A DNA stretch of 64,000 nucleotides from assembly GCA_000091205.1 (NCBI GenBank), contig AP006497.2; one strand, 5' to 3'. Position 1 is the first letter of the stretch; the number at the start of each line of letters is the position of its first letter. Shown one piece after another: positions 53,626-63,647 of this stretch. Origin of the DNA: Cyanidioschyzon merolae (taxonomy: Eukaryota). The notes under the pieces are model-generated. The model saw nothing but the letters and a program-made list of their open reading frames with translations. It was not told the DNA's origin and ran no database searches. The translations under genes and the position numbers were made by a program.

Positions 53626-55047
53626 TTACGTTGTTTCTGATGAGCCGGTTGGTCCCTGCAGGAGAACATCTTCACCGAGGATGCGCAGACCTGGTACGCT
53701 CGGGGTGACTTCCGGTGCACTGCGACCCGGGCGCGTTTGCTGCTGGTCGAGAAACGCGTGCAGGGTGGAGAATCCAGCTCGTTCCTCTTGATACATTTGT
53801 TGCATTCGCTGTTGGAGCGCGTCTAGCTCCTGATCGATGATGCCGCTCTGCTGAACGGAGCTGTACGCGTCTGCAACTGTGGTTTGCGGGGTCTCCCGGC
53901 CGAACGAGTCGCTGGTGGTATTACTAACAGAGGCATTTTCCAATTGAGATGAATCGGGTTGTAAAAGCTCCAGCGGGTCCGTGTCGTGGATGTGCTGGCC
54001 AGAGATCGCACCCACCTGGCGCAGGTCAGGCACTGGCCGGTTCGAGAGATCTCCCTGATCGCTTAGATACGTCAGTGCTTGCGTCCATTCAGGACTGAGG
54101 GCTAAAAAGTCCAAACCAGCAGATGCTAGCTGGCTGTTCATTATCTCCACGGAAGAAAAGAGCCGGAGCATGAACCCTTGTAGGTTGTGGAGCTGTTCCT
54201 CCCGTTCAGATTCTCGCTGCTCACTTTCGACGAGTCGCTGTTCAAGGCGAGCATAAAGACGACGCAGTTCGCTAAGCTCTCGCAATAACAGGCTGTTGTC
54301 GCGGCGAAGACGAGCAGCCTCGTCCTCGAGCGAACCATACTTACCAATCTCGATTGTTCTGTTGCCCCGTCCGAAGATGCGACTCAACCATGGCGGTTTT
54401 CGCTGATTCCCTGAATCCGAAGTGTTGAAGGTTGCCAGATCCTCCTCGCCCAGCAGCTCAGATGCAGCCAACGGGACATTGATGTGCTGCTGAAGGTAGG
54501 CAGCGTTCGCGTCTAGCCGCGGTTTGGAGGCAACCCCTCCGGGCAGCATGCGCACACCCTGCACTGGCTTGAAGGCGCTGCCATGGTTCACCGAGCCCGA
54601 GGAGCCGCTCGTACCAGATGCTCCCAGTACCCTCTTCCGTCGCTCGGGCCGGTTCCGCTTGATCTGACTCAAAAGGTCCGGCCGGTCTCGTCGGAAGAAC
54701 TCGTGCTGGAACTCCCAGCGCTCGTGACTGATCTTGTGAAACCCGTACTGATTCAACTGTCTCACAAAAGACGACATGTTGCTGTGTTTGAAATAGGCAG
54801 GAAGCACTTTTTCGGTGAAGTCTCCGACCCGCCAGATAACGAAAGACTCCCCAGACTCTTCCCAACTGACAGTGTCCGCCGTCTCAGCATCCTGGACGAG
54901 ATCGTACACTTTTTGGATGAACACCGTGGTCTGAGGCTTATCCGTATCCATTTTTGAGTCAAAGCTTGGGTCCTGTGTGATGTCTGCAGCGCCCATGGCG
55001 AATACCAGCGCCGTGCACTCGGAAAAGCGAGCGCGAATACCAAGCAC
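53626..55047 (-). CDS. Heat shock transcription factor (HSF-type DNA-binding domain plus coiled-coil HR-A/B)
   Basis: The DBD reads FIQKVYDLVQD..TADTVSWEESGESFVIWRVGDFTEKVLPAYFKHSNMSSFVRQLNQYGFHKI..ERWEFQHEFFRRDRPDLL.QIKR. Heptad repeats follow at LRRDNSLLLRELSELRRLYARLEQRLVESEQ. Alternative starts are M18 and M33 (54951). Confidence 0.8.
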   Translation of the reverse strand: MLGIRARFSECTALVFAMGAADITQDPSFDSKMDTDKPQTTVFIQKVYDLVQDAETADTVSWEESGESFVIWRVGDFTEKVLPAYFKHSNMSSFVRQLNQYGFHKISHERWEFQHEFFRRDRPDLLSQIKRNRPERRKRVLGASGTSGSSGSVNHGSAFKPVQGVRMLPGGVASKPRLDANAAYLQQHINVPLAASELLGEEDLATFNTSDSGNQRKPPWLSRIFGRGNRTIEIGKYGSLEDEAARLRRDNSLLLRELSELRRLYARLEQRLVESEQRESEREEQLHNLQGFMLRLFSSVEIMNSQLASAGLDFLALSPEWTQALTYLSDQGDLSNRPVPDLRQVGAISGQHIHDTDPLELLQPDSSQLENASVSNTTSDSFGRETPQTTVADAYSSVQQSGIIDQELDALQQRMQQMYQEERAGFSTLHAFLDQQQTRPGRSAPEVTPSVPGLRILGEDVLLQGPTGSSETT

Positions 55048-55439
55048 GCCACAAGGAGCGTTCTCAACAAAAGCGAGAGCCGCCTACCTCGACAACTACT
55101 TTCAGATAGATAGACAGACAGCCAAACACAGACAAACCTCCAAGTCGAGTCTTTCCCCGTACCGATATCGTGGCACCCGAGCAGAAAGCGCACCCTCGGG
55201 TAACTTGTCGTCTTCGTGCAAGCGAAGCAACACACTGTTCGTTCGGGCTGTTGCCCGCTGCATCAGGGAGCGCGTCGATCGATGCGCGATCACCGGCCGC
55301 ACCGGCACGCCAGTCAATCATCGATGAAAAGCTGCGTAACCCGTGCCCGCTGTGGTGGTGGTGGTGGTACCGAGCGACGCACCGCCGCCTCCGCCGCCAC
55401 ACTCTGTAGAATACGTATCCACCGAGCCGATCGGCGGAC

Positions 55440-57400
55440 GCTTCGCCGGCTTTTCGGACCGGCAACCAACTACTCCTGCGTGCAACTTCAGGTCGTACTA
55501 TTCGACCTGGAGAGGTTGTCCCAGAAAGTGGGGTCGTGTCAGCTTCGGAGGTCTCGTCTCCTTCAGTGCACGTCTCCTAATATTGATTGCAGCGTTAAAG
55601 TTTCGGTTCACGAATTCCATACGTTTCTTGGCATTGGTTGGTATCACCGACGCAAGTAGACCTCGAACTCGCAACCTCCACGCCATCAGGTGCTCTGGCA
55701 GCGCTCCGTACTTTGCTATATCCTCAGGGCTCCGCTGGCACTTTTCCATCTCGGCACTCTGAAGTGTACACCTCAGCTCGTGGTGTAGATAGGAGTTTCG
55801 GTTCCCATCTATTGGCAACGTGACAAGACGGTGTGCGCACTCCTTGTACGTTCTTGTCGTTGGAGCGGGTGTACACACTTTTTTAGACGCCCGGCGCCCT
55901 GCGACGTATGATGTTACGAGCCTTTGGCTCCTGTCCTCATTGAGGGCGCTCAACTGGTTGAAAAAGTTGGCGAATGCACGCTTTTTTCCCACTGTACAAG
56001 CTCATACGCAAGCGATTCATCCGGGGCTTTGTATATTCTTTGCACAGCGCTTCCCAATGAGCAACGCGAACTTTTATGAACTCCCGAATGACCTGAAAGT
56101 CCGCTCCATGGCTCGTCACCTCGCTCATAGCTTCCAGATGCTCGTTCACTCCTTCATTTTACGTCTCAATTTTCTTCCTTGCATTCATTATTCCCGATTC
56201 TCGGTAATATCTAGCTTCTGAGAGCTTCAACAGAGGCATGTTTTCCTGGCGCAAGCCGCCGTCAATACCATCTTCCCCACGCTCGGATACCGCAATAGGT
56301 ATAATATTCATGTTCCCGGGGCCCGCGCCAACGACATAGTCCTTACCCTGCACCGCATGCGTCGCAGGATCCGCCTCCTTTTTTTTCATGCCTCGCCGAC
56401 GGCGAAGCATGAAGATGCAATGGGACGATCCACTTTCAAGCGCCGATCGTGTACACACACGGCTGCTCCATCGGCTTCGATCATCTCAGTAAATAACTTT
56501 TGTTTGCTCGTTTTCAGACGTTTGAAATCGAACATATTCACCCAATTACGTCTCCCGGTTTTCGCCCGTAAACTCCTTGCTGCTTAGATCGAACTCCGGA
56601 TAGATCTCCTTCATTTTGCTGTAAAGTACGTAGGGGCCAACTGTCACAAAATGTGACTTGATGTTGCATAGCGGAACGACATTGAAGCGCTTACCCATTC
56701 GGGCAGCGTTCCGTTTCTCTGACTCTTCATTTTTCCCCTCACACGCTGCTCCATCTCCGCCTTGCGTTCGAGTTCTCGATTCAGGAATACGAAATAGTGC
56801 AGGATGAGCGGATAAAAACTTTTTTTCATCTCTGATACCTTTTCTGCTGGATTTGACAAGCCCCAAGACTACACAGTGCTCGTGAACAGCCATACGAATG
56901 ACAGAAGCTTCATTCTTGCCCCTGCGTGATGCCTTCTTGTCGACGAATTCGATCCCCTGTCCATTCTGGCGATCGTTCGTGATGCCACTGATGATGGCCC
57001 GTATCCCCTGGCGGGAGAGGCCCGGGCACAGTGTAAAAATAGCCCGTATGATGAAACGTTCGAGGTTCACGATCATATGGTTCTTCCGGTGCTTGAGGAA
57101 CTTGATTGCCCCGTAGGTGTAAATATCACCATCATCCCTGCATCGAGTACCGTCGAAGCGGAATTCGGCGTAATTCTCGTGGAGGGCGTGCACTCGCTCA
57201 TTTTTCGTCGACGTTTCCCCTGTGCCAACCATCAGGTGGCGAATAAACGTCTTGCTGAAAAATCCCCCCGGGACCTCGACCATTTTGATGCCCATCACGT
57301 CCCGAAACATCTTCTTCATCAAATACATAAGCCCTGACGGAGCCTTCATAATACTCATGGAGTACGACTCGACACGGTTTCTGAGTGCATCTCACAACTT
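55440..57400 (-). mobile_element. Copy E: a diverged, most complete (~1.95 kb) member of the TnpB/Fanzor-like element family, with lower GC in its 5' two-thirds
   Basis: Four consecutive minus-strand ORF segments are 56546..57358 (270 aa), 56159..56458, 55937..56149 and 55498..55992. Together they give ~620 aa when frameshifts or short gaps are allowed. The C-terminal segment aligns at ~50% identity with copy D: RAFANFFNQLSALNEDRSQRLV ... YKECAHRLVTLPIDGNRNSY ... CQRSPEDIAKYG ... KKRMEFVNRNFNAAINIRRRALKETRPPKLTRPHFLGQPLQVE. A candidate RuvC-I-like block is KDYVVGAGPGNMNIIPIAVSERGEDGIDGG at ~56250..56330. The 3' flank 55440..55497 carries the conserved CAGGAGTAGTTGGTTGCCGGTCCGAAAAG motif. Confidence 0.55.
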
Positions 57401-57974
57401 TCCCTTTTAGGGATCCTTGATATGCCGAAGAAGACGGGCTTTCACAACCATCTCGTCATAGTGCCGTCTCTCTTGCAGCCTCTGACGTCGGACTTCCCCC
57501 TTTTTGCTTTTCGTCCTCTCCTGTTCTTCTGTACTTGACACTGTTTCTTCTTGCAGCCGGCGACATGATGCCTCCATAATCCTCCATTTCCATTTCCATG
57601 ACTTGCACTTTTCATTTTTTTCAAAAAGAACACGCTTTGAAAGCCTCTGCTATAACTCACGAAAAATCACTGGAATACACTTACTTGAGGGTTGGAACAC
57701 AGTTGAGTTCAAAAACTCGACGTTGCTATGACTTCAACGTAAATCCATCCGGTAAGTTAGAGCAACACGCTGATGATCAGGATCGTGTTCCCCTTGAACG
57801 GCGGCGTACGCATGGTGTATCATACCTTCCAGATTTAGAGATGCGCCTATCGACAGCACTATGCGGAGCAAAGAACAAAGACTTACCACTAAATGGCGAC
57901 GATACATCGATGTCTTTCGCTCTCTACGATAAACGTGAAAAGGGGAAAATGTTTCTGACCTGTCGAAAGCGTAC

Positions 57975-58510
57975 CTTAAAGGCGGAAGGTCCCGCGAACC
58001 GCACGAATCTCCCAGGCTTGCGCCTCATGCGCCTCCCAGTGGCGGGTGCTAGAGTGAGATCAAAGCAAATCGTACGAAACGCAGTTTATTCTGGGACCAG
58101 GGGCGGGCGGCTTGCTTCTGGGCGTCGCCCTTGTCGTGGAGGACTCCCCGGAAATCGCTTCTCGTTGCCGCTGATAGGATGTCCGTCTGCGCAGTTTGCT
58201 AGTTCCCGACATGCTAGTGAATTCCGACTCCGTATCAGGTGGAGCATTCCTCGAGCCGGCACCTTTCGTAGTATGGCAAAAACGTCCTGTCTCCGTGATG
58301 CATCGGCATCAGCGGTTGAGGCGCTGTTGCGGATGCAGTAATGCAGGTAATCGGCACACGATAGAACGTACAAACCGACCAGCGTATCCGAAAGGAAGTA
58401 TAGGTCAAGGAACTTGAGGGTGAGGTGCAGCAGCATGATGGACGCTTTTCCAATTACCATTACCCATCGCGCAATAAGGGATCCATGGTCAATGCCAACG
58501 TTTTGTCATC
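57975..58510. repeat. Dispersed ~650 bp repeat (copy 2, single 75-bp unit)
   Basis: See 43455..44130. The offset is ~14.5 kb and the orientation is the same. This copy overlaps the plus-strand ORF 57598..58341, which is therefore probably spurious. Confidence 0.75.
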
Positions 58511-58959
58511 GAAAAAATCTCCCAACTCAGCTCTGCATCATGCCGCCGCTGGAGCGCGCGCTCGATCCGCCACCACGCGATCGTACCGATGGCAGAAATG
58601 TCAGGCCTGGAACGGTGCTGCTGCTGCTGCTGCGTGATGCATTGGGCGCTGGAACTGCAAGCCGCTCACTTGCTACTGCCGCGCCATCTGGCATTTGGTC
58701 AGCTTACCATCACATCATCTCATACATCCGTAACTGTTTCACGCGCTTCTTGTCTACCAGTTTCGAAGAGCAGTCGTGCCCGTGATTCGCTCATTTCATC
58801 CTGGACGCATCCGTGTGAATCGTGCAGAGTCGACTCCTGCAAGTATGGGGTGCTCACGTCGAGGGCGCGGAGGTGCAGCGAGCGCGCAGTCGCATGTCCA
58901 GCGCCATGGGTTGCCGCCGAGCGACGTGACGTATCGTTCAGTGGCAATCAACATCATTG

Positions 58960-59470
58960 AACAAGTTGGCGACTGCACGCCTCTTGCCTCCATGTAACTG
59001 TTGCCGTCGGTGTCGCTAGCGCGATATTATGTACTCCTGCCAGATAACGTTCGCATGAGCGACGTTGGCGCTCACGCACTCTGGGAATGAAGTGCGTAAC
59101 GCTCGCTACACTGCTCCGTGCTGTGGTCAGCGCTTCGGAATGGGCCCCCAAACCGCCATTCCACTTATTGGCATGCCCGTTGGCGTCCATCACGCTGACT
59201 CCCCGATCGTACCATTTCGTGGAAAACTCGAACGGATTCATGCGCTTCCTGTTCAGCCATTTGACTTGTTTGTCTTGATCTAGAGGGACGTCGATGGCCG
59301 CAAAACCCTTCGACGGGGGTTGCGTGCGCTTTTCCTCGCCCATACGCGTCGCTTCATCGCCGTTCGCATGAACGGCACGGAAACAACACATCATGTGATT
59401 TGTTGCATAGTTTTTCGTTGAGAACGTATGTATTCGGATGGTGTGATGAGAAAGTAGCCCTTCAAACACC
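58960..59470 (-). CDS. Hypothetical small protein (171-aa ORF); no confident family assignment
   Basis: This is an uninterrupted ORF sitting between the 650 bp repeat copy and COQ4. The KW/Y-rich segment PFEFSTKWYDRGVSVMDANGHANKWNGG is not recognised. Confidence 0.25.
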
Positions 59471-59742
59471 GTTTGAAAGCTCTATCTTTGCCGCAAAACC
59501 TTGCGGATATGGACGACGAGATGCATGGTCCATGCGCCTGCTGACCACAGCATCCAGGATATGTCTAATTAAGATCTAGCTTGTCGCAATCGAACAAGGA
59601 CATGTCGACATCTCATCGCGACTACGCTCCACGTATCTGAGCCGTCCTGTGCTCTTACGTATCTGCGAGAAAAACAAACAAAACCTAAAAGGGCTTGCCA
59701 GATCAGGTGTTCCTGAATTCACTGCTCTAATTATAACTATAC

Positions 59743-60510
59743 TTGTTCTGGGAACGCCAGCTCCCAGTTGCCTGCGAAGCGAGCCTTCAGCTTCCGCGCT
59801 CGTCGACGCCACTCGGACTGCGCAGCTGCTCCAGTGGTCGTATGCAACACGCCCTGAGCAAAGCCGGAAGACTTTTCCTCGCAGGTGCTGCGGGCGCTTT
59901 CGTACTGAGAAACCCAGTCCGCGCAGATTTGGTTGCCACTGTCGGGGAAATCTTGCCTGGCACCGAAAGCGTTCTCCGTGGTCACTTAAAGGAGCTTCAG
60001 AAAACCGAAGAGGGTCGCTCTATTTTAAAAGAGAGGCCACAGATCACCGCGGAGACTCTGGCAGCGGTTGCTCTGCTCCCGCCTGAGACCCTTGGAGGTG
60101 CGTACTATGCGTTCTTAAAAAAGCACAGTTTCAACTCAAGTGAGCGAGCAGAGGCTTCTTTCATCTCCGATCCCGATCTAGCTTACATAGTCCAGCGTTA
60201 CAGGGATATCCATGACATTTTCCACGTGGTAACGAACCTCACGCCCACGTTGACCGGAGAGGTGGCTCTAAAGTACTTTGAAGCGCTGCAAATGGGCTTG
60301 CCAATGGCCGTACTTGGAGCAACGTTCGGGACATTCCGTCTTACCGCGAGGCAGCGGGCGGCCCTGTTCCGGGACTATGTGCCTTGGGTCGAACGGAATG
60401 CTCGCTCATGTGAAAATCTCCTGGGAGTGTACTTCGAGCGGTACTGGCAAATGTCACTCACAGAGCTGAGGAAGAAACTCAGGCTCGAGCCTTTTCGGAA
60501 AGAGTTCTGA
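59743..60510 (+). CDS. COQ4: Ubiquinone biosynthesis protein COQ4 (mitochondrial)
   Basis: The ORF is colinear with COQ4. Matching blocks are LLAAGSA, GE.TG, GR.IL.ERP.I...TL, P.NT.G..Y..F, ELAYVMQRYRE.HD..H...G..T...GE...K.FE..Q..LPM and Y.PWA. The ORF reads LFLAGAAGAF ... VATVGEILPGT ... GRSILKERPQITAETL ... PPETLGGAYYAFL ... LAYIVQRYRDIHDIFHVVTNLTPTLTGEVALKYFEALQMGLPMAVL ... YVPWVERNARSCENLLGVYFE. The N-terminal presequence is R/S-rich, with an alternative start at M34 (59842). Confidence 0.7.
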   Translation: MFWERQLPVACEASLQLPRSSTPLGLRSCSSGRMQHALSKAGRLFLAGAAGAFVLRNPVRADLVATVGEILPGTESVLRGHLKELQKTEEGRSILKERPQITAETLAAVALLPPETLGGAYYAFLKKHSFNSSERAEASFISDPDLAYIVQRYRDIHDIFHVVTNLTPTLTGEVALKYFEALQMGLPMAVLGATFGTFRLTARQRAALFRDYVPWVERNARSCENLLGVYFERYWQMSLTELRKKLRLEPFRKEF

Positions 60511-61235
60511 TGGCTCGATTGCGTGATCCGGAGCGAAAAATACGGCTGGGCGAAACGCTCGAGGTATACAAGGCATTCCGGTATCTATGCTCAGTAATTT
60601 CGAATCATGCTTTACCATTGGTTTGCAGTAATTGCGCATGGAAATCGTTCTGGGATATAGATATAGACGACGCTCCGGCCTTTGTGGGATCGTCAAATGT
60701 ACCGTACCAGCAGCTTGCTCCAGGCCGGAATCAAAGGCGCTCTCACCTGGCCACCAGGTTCTCTCCATCGCAAGTCTTCAGCGTTTCAGCACAGCGCCCG
60801 CTCTGAGCAGTAAACGATTCACGCGAAACTTCGCTCGAAAAAAAATCGCCGGACGCTCCGGAAGCCCGACATTTTTCCGGACGTGGATCAAGGCGTTCAA
60901 GTTCCGATGGGGACCGTGTGCGGGCGCGCACGCTTGCTCGTGGAATCACTGCGTAGCAAGATGCTCTCCTTGGATTGTATCACCTGCCGACATTCGGTCA
61001 GCTTTCAGTATATCATCTCGTGCATTTGGCTCTGTTTCACGCGCTTCTTCGGCACCAGTACAGCGCGCTCCGGTACACGGGATGCATCATTGTAGTCCTG
61101 AACGCATCTATAGCAATCGCTCAGAGCCAATTGCTGCTTGCGTTGTGCGCCCTTGTCTCTATGTACGGCAGCGAGGACTCGTTTACCATGTACGGCGTTG
61201 GTGTAGCACGAGCGTACGCAGACGAGACACCGTAT

Positions 61236-63647
61236 CTACGATCTCTTCCGCGACTTGCGACCACGATTTCGTTTTTGCCGGAAGATTTTCGGACGCAACA
61301 TGGCCATGGGCTTCCGTTTCGCCTTCTCTGCATTTGAGAGACCGCCAACCTTCTTGTGATGTCGATGAGGATCTCCGGAGTAACGTGGTCGGTCAAGACG
61401 ACCACGCTGCACAGATGCGAGGCGCTCTTCCAGACTCCGACGCCGGCGCTTAAACGCGGATTCCAAGCGCTGGGGACTCGCCGGACAGAATGGCTCTTCA
61501 AAGCGCACAACAGCGCTCTGCATGAAGGCCGCATTGGCGAGCGCACGATCCTCTTTGGTGCTGCATGATCTCAGTGCTTCCCGATCCGTCATCGCAATAT
61601 TGCCACCATCTGCCTGGGGTATATCATCATCGTCATCATCGTCATCGTCTTCAGGCGAATGCGGCATACGAGCATGCGGCAGGGTTCCACAAGGATCCAT
61701 CAGCGCGGTGTTGCGCGCTTCTGCATCCGCTGGACTCCTGCCGTCCGCCGACTGAACACCTACTGCAGTTTCTAACGATGCTGGCGGCAGCGTATGCCCC
61801 ATCGGATACAAGCTGCAGCGATCAGTCACAGGCGAAGACGACGACAAGGACAACCCATTCGTCTGCTCGGAAGAAGCCTCATCCGAAAATGCGTCACTTG
61901 CCAACGAATCTGGTGACATCGAGTCGTACTCCTGATCGCTTGTCGAGTCGTACTCGAGGTCTCCAGGTACACTCACATCTGCACGATGCTCTGAGCGTGC
62001 AGCATCCTTCAATTCCGTCCAGGACAACTCTGTGGCAGCATCACTGTCGTCTTCCGTGGCAACCACAGATGCAGTGCGATGCCGGCTATCTGCACTAGAC
62101 GCTGCATTCGCCGCTGCCACGGGCCGGCCCCGTTCGCGTCGAGGCAGCAACGCTGGCAACACCCGCCGATAGAGCTGGAGAACGCCACGAGCAGCCATCA
62201 TGATGCCCCGATCACGTGATTTTCGGTACTGCACCAGATCCTGGAGCAGAATCGAGTCCATGGCGTCTGGTACACGAGCACACAACTCCCGGATCGTATT
62301 CAAACCGATCGCAACGACTTCATCTGTACGACGATCGCTCACAAAGTAATGCGCCAGATGTCGGAGCAGGGGCGTAACCAGCTCGGCAGGCACATCCGCA
62401 TGTACTGCATCCACCAGCATCGCTAAAACACGCGTCACATGCTGCTGAGATGGCATCAGGTAACGCTGGAGTGCCGTATACAACAGGGGTACGCACTGGC
62501 GGCACGCGCCACTGCAGCGACAGGCCAACTGCAAGATCAACATTCTAAACTCAAATTTTTCCTGACGTGCTCCCAGTCGATGCAACAGACGCTCGATGAA
62601 ACGCTGCGGGTCGTACAACAGGGTCAGAGCAGGTGCATCGGACCCGGGATTCCCTCGTCGGGTATTCATCGGTGGGAATGAGGAAGCCCCCGGTGACGCC
62701 CCGTCCTCCGCGGTGTTGCGGAGCGCTCGTCGCAGTTCACGCTGAAAGCGTTGTTTCCGTCGACTTGATTTCTTCTGCGTCCGCTTGAAGCGTGTATTCA
62801 ACATCCGGAGCATACCGTCATCGGCGCTTGCTACGGACTTGCACGCTCGACTCTGAACTGCCTGTTGTTTCTCCGAGGGTGCCTCGTCGTCCGCCGATGT
62901 CGATTCCGCAGCGCTGTCGCTGTCGTCAGCACTGGATCGACCGGCTGCATCCGTCTCCAAAAGAAAGCGACAAGCCTGTGCTGCTACGCTAGTGTTCGAA
63001 TGAAAGCACGTATCTGCGACAAGCTGAATGAGTCTTGCGTCGGACTGCCACAGCCCAAGGCCATACGCTCGATAAAAGAGACGCAAGAGCGATTTTGCCA
63101 TCGATGCATCTGCCTCCGGTAGCACCCGTTGACAGACCTGTAAAAGTCTAGTCTTGATTTTCTCATGCAATGGACGCTGGTTACGCTGCGACCGTCGCAG
63201 CTCCGCGAGAACTTGCCCAAGCACAAGTCGCCGAAGTGTCTTGTCTTGGAAGCGCAGTAAGGCCACGTAGAGGTCGACTGCCGCCGTAGCCGTCAGAAAT
63301 GTTTCACCTTTTCGGTTTCGAAACCGGGTGACTGCTTGCACCAGTTCATAGCGGAGCGCTGCATGAAGCGTCGCTGCCCGTTCCGTGAGGAACTGAACGA
63401 GAAACTCAGCAACCGCTCGACACGCGTTCGGGTACGCTCCCGCAACCGTGGCCAGGAAAGCGACCAACTTGGTGAAGCGATCATGGCGAGCGCCAGGCTC
63501 CAGGGCCACAAGTGCTGCAAGCGTTTCAAACTGTTGGCGTTGAGCTGTAAACACTTCCTGGTAGGCGGCCGGATCGGCTAGGCAGCGACTCGCCAACAGG
63601 CTGAGGTCGGTGGCGAGCACTCGCTCAGTTTGACGCTGTCGAGACAT
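61236..63647 (-). CDS. SDA1-family ribosome biogenesis/nuclear export protein
   Basis: The N-terminus reads LSLLASRCLADPAAYQEVFTAQRQQFETLAALVALEP, matching SDA1 (LQNLIKRDPESY.EEF.QQY.HFES...IF.L.P). The protein is helical-repeat-like. The C-terminal basic tail is GGLSNAEKAKRKPMAMLRPKIFRQKRNRGRKSRKRS. There are acidic inserts including (D)10. The likely start is MSRQRQ at 63647, whereas the ORF opens at 63725. Confidence 0.7.
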   Translation of the reverse strand: MSRQRQTERVLATDLSLLASRCLADPAAYQEVFTAQRQQFETLAALVALEPGARHDRFTKLVAFLATVAGAYPNACRAVAEFLVQFLTERAATLHAALRYELVQAVTRFRNRKGETFLTATAAVDLYVALLRFQDKTLRRLVLGQVLAELRRSQRNQRPLHEKIKTRLLQVCQRVLPEADASMAKSLLRLFYRAYGLGLWQSDARLIQLVADTCFHSNTSVAAQACRFLLETDAAGRSSADDSDSAAESTSADDEAPSEKQQAVQSRACKSVASADDGMLRMLNTRFKRTQKKSSRRKQRFQRELRRALRNTAEDGASPGASSFPPMNTRRGNPGSDAPALTLLYDPQRFIERLLHRLGARQEKFEFRMLILQLACRCSGACRQCVPLLYTALQRYLMPSQQHVTRVLAMLVDAVHADVPAELVTPLLRHLAHYFVSDRRTDEVVAIGLNTIRELCARVPDAMDSILLQDLVQYRKSRDRGIMMAARGVLQLYRRVLPALLPRRERGRPVAAANAASSADSRHRTASVVATEDDSDAATELSWTELKDAARSEHRADVSVPGDLEYDSTSDQEYDSMSPDSLASDAFSDEASSEQTNGLSLSSSSPVTDRCSLYPMGHTLPPASLETAVGVQSADGRSPADAEARNTALMDPCGTLPHARMPHSPEDDDDDDDDDIPQADGGNIAMTDREALRSCSTKEDRALANAAFMQSAVVRFEEPFCPASPQRLESAFKRRRRSLEERLASVQRGRLDRPRYSGDPHRHHKKVGGLSNAEKAKRKPMAMLRPKIFRQKRNRGRKSRKRS

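Noticed and set aside
56546-57358. The 270-aa ORF considered as a lipid/NAD kinase (GGDG motif) or a Brix-domain protein.
   Set aside because: GGDG, ISGITNDRQ and VPGGFF occur in the reverse order to DAGK/NAD-kinase/PFK catalytic domains. No Brix colinearity was found. Weak but repeated peptide similarity to the upstream half of R1/R2 (AEFRFDGT vs ADFMNQFVGT, VVLGLVKSS...AHP vs IVLLVSND...GHP) and its position make it more likely the N-terminal part of Fanzor-like copy E.
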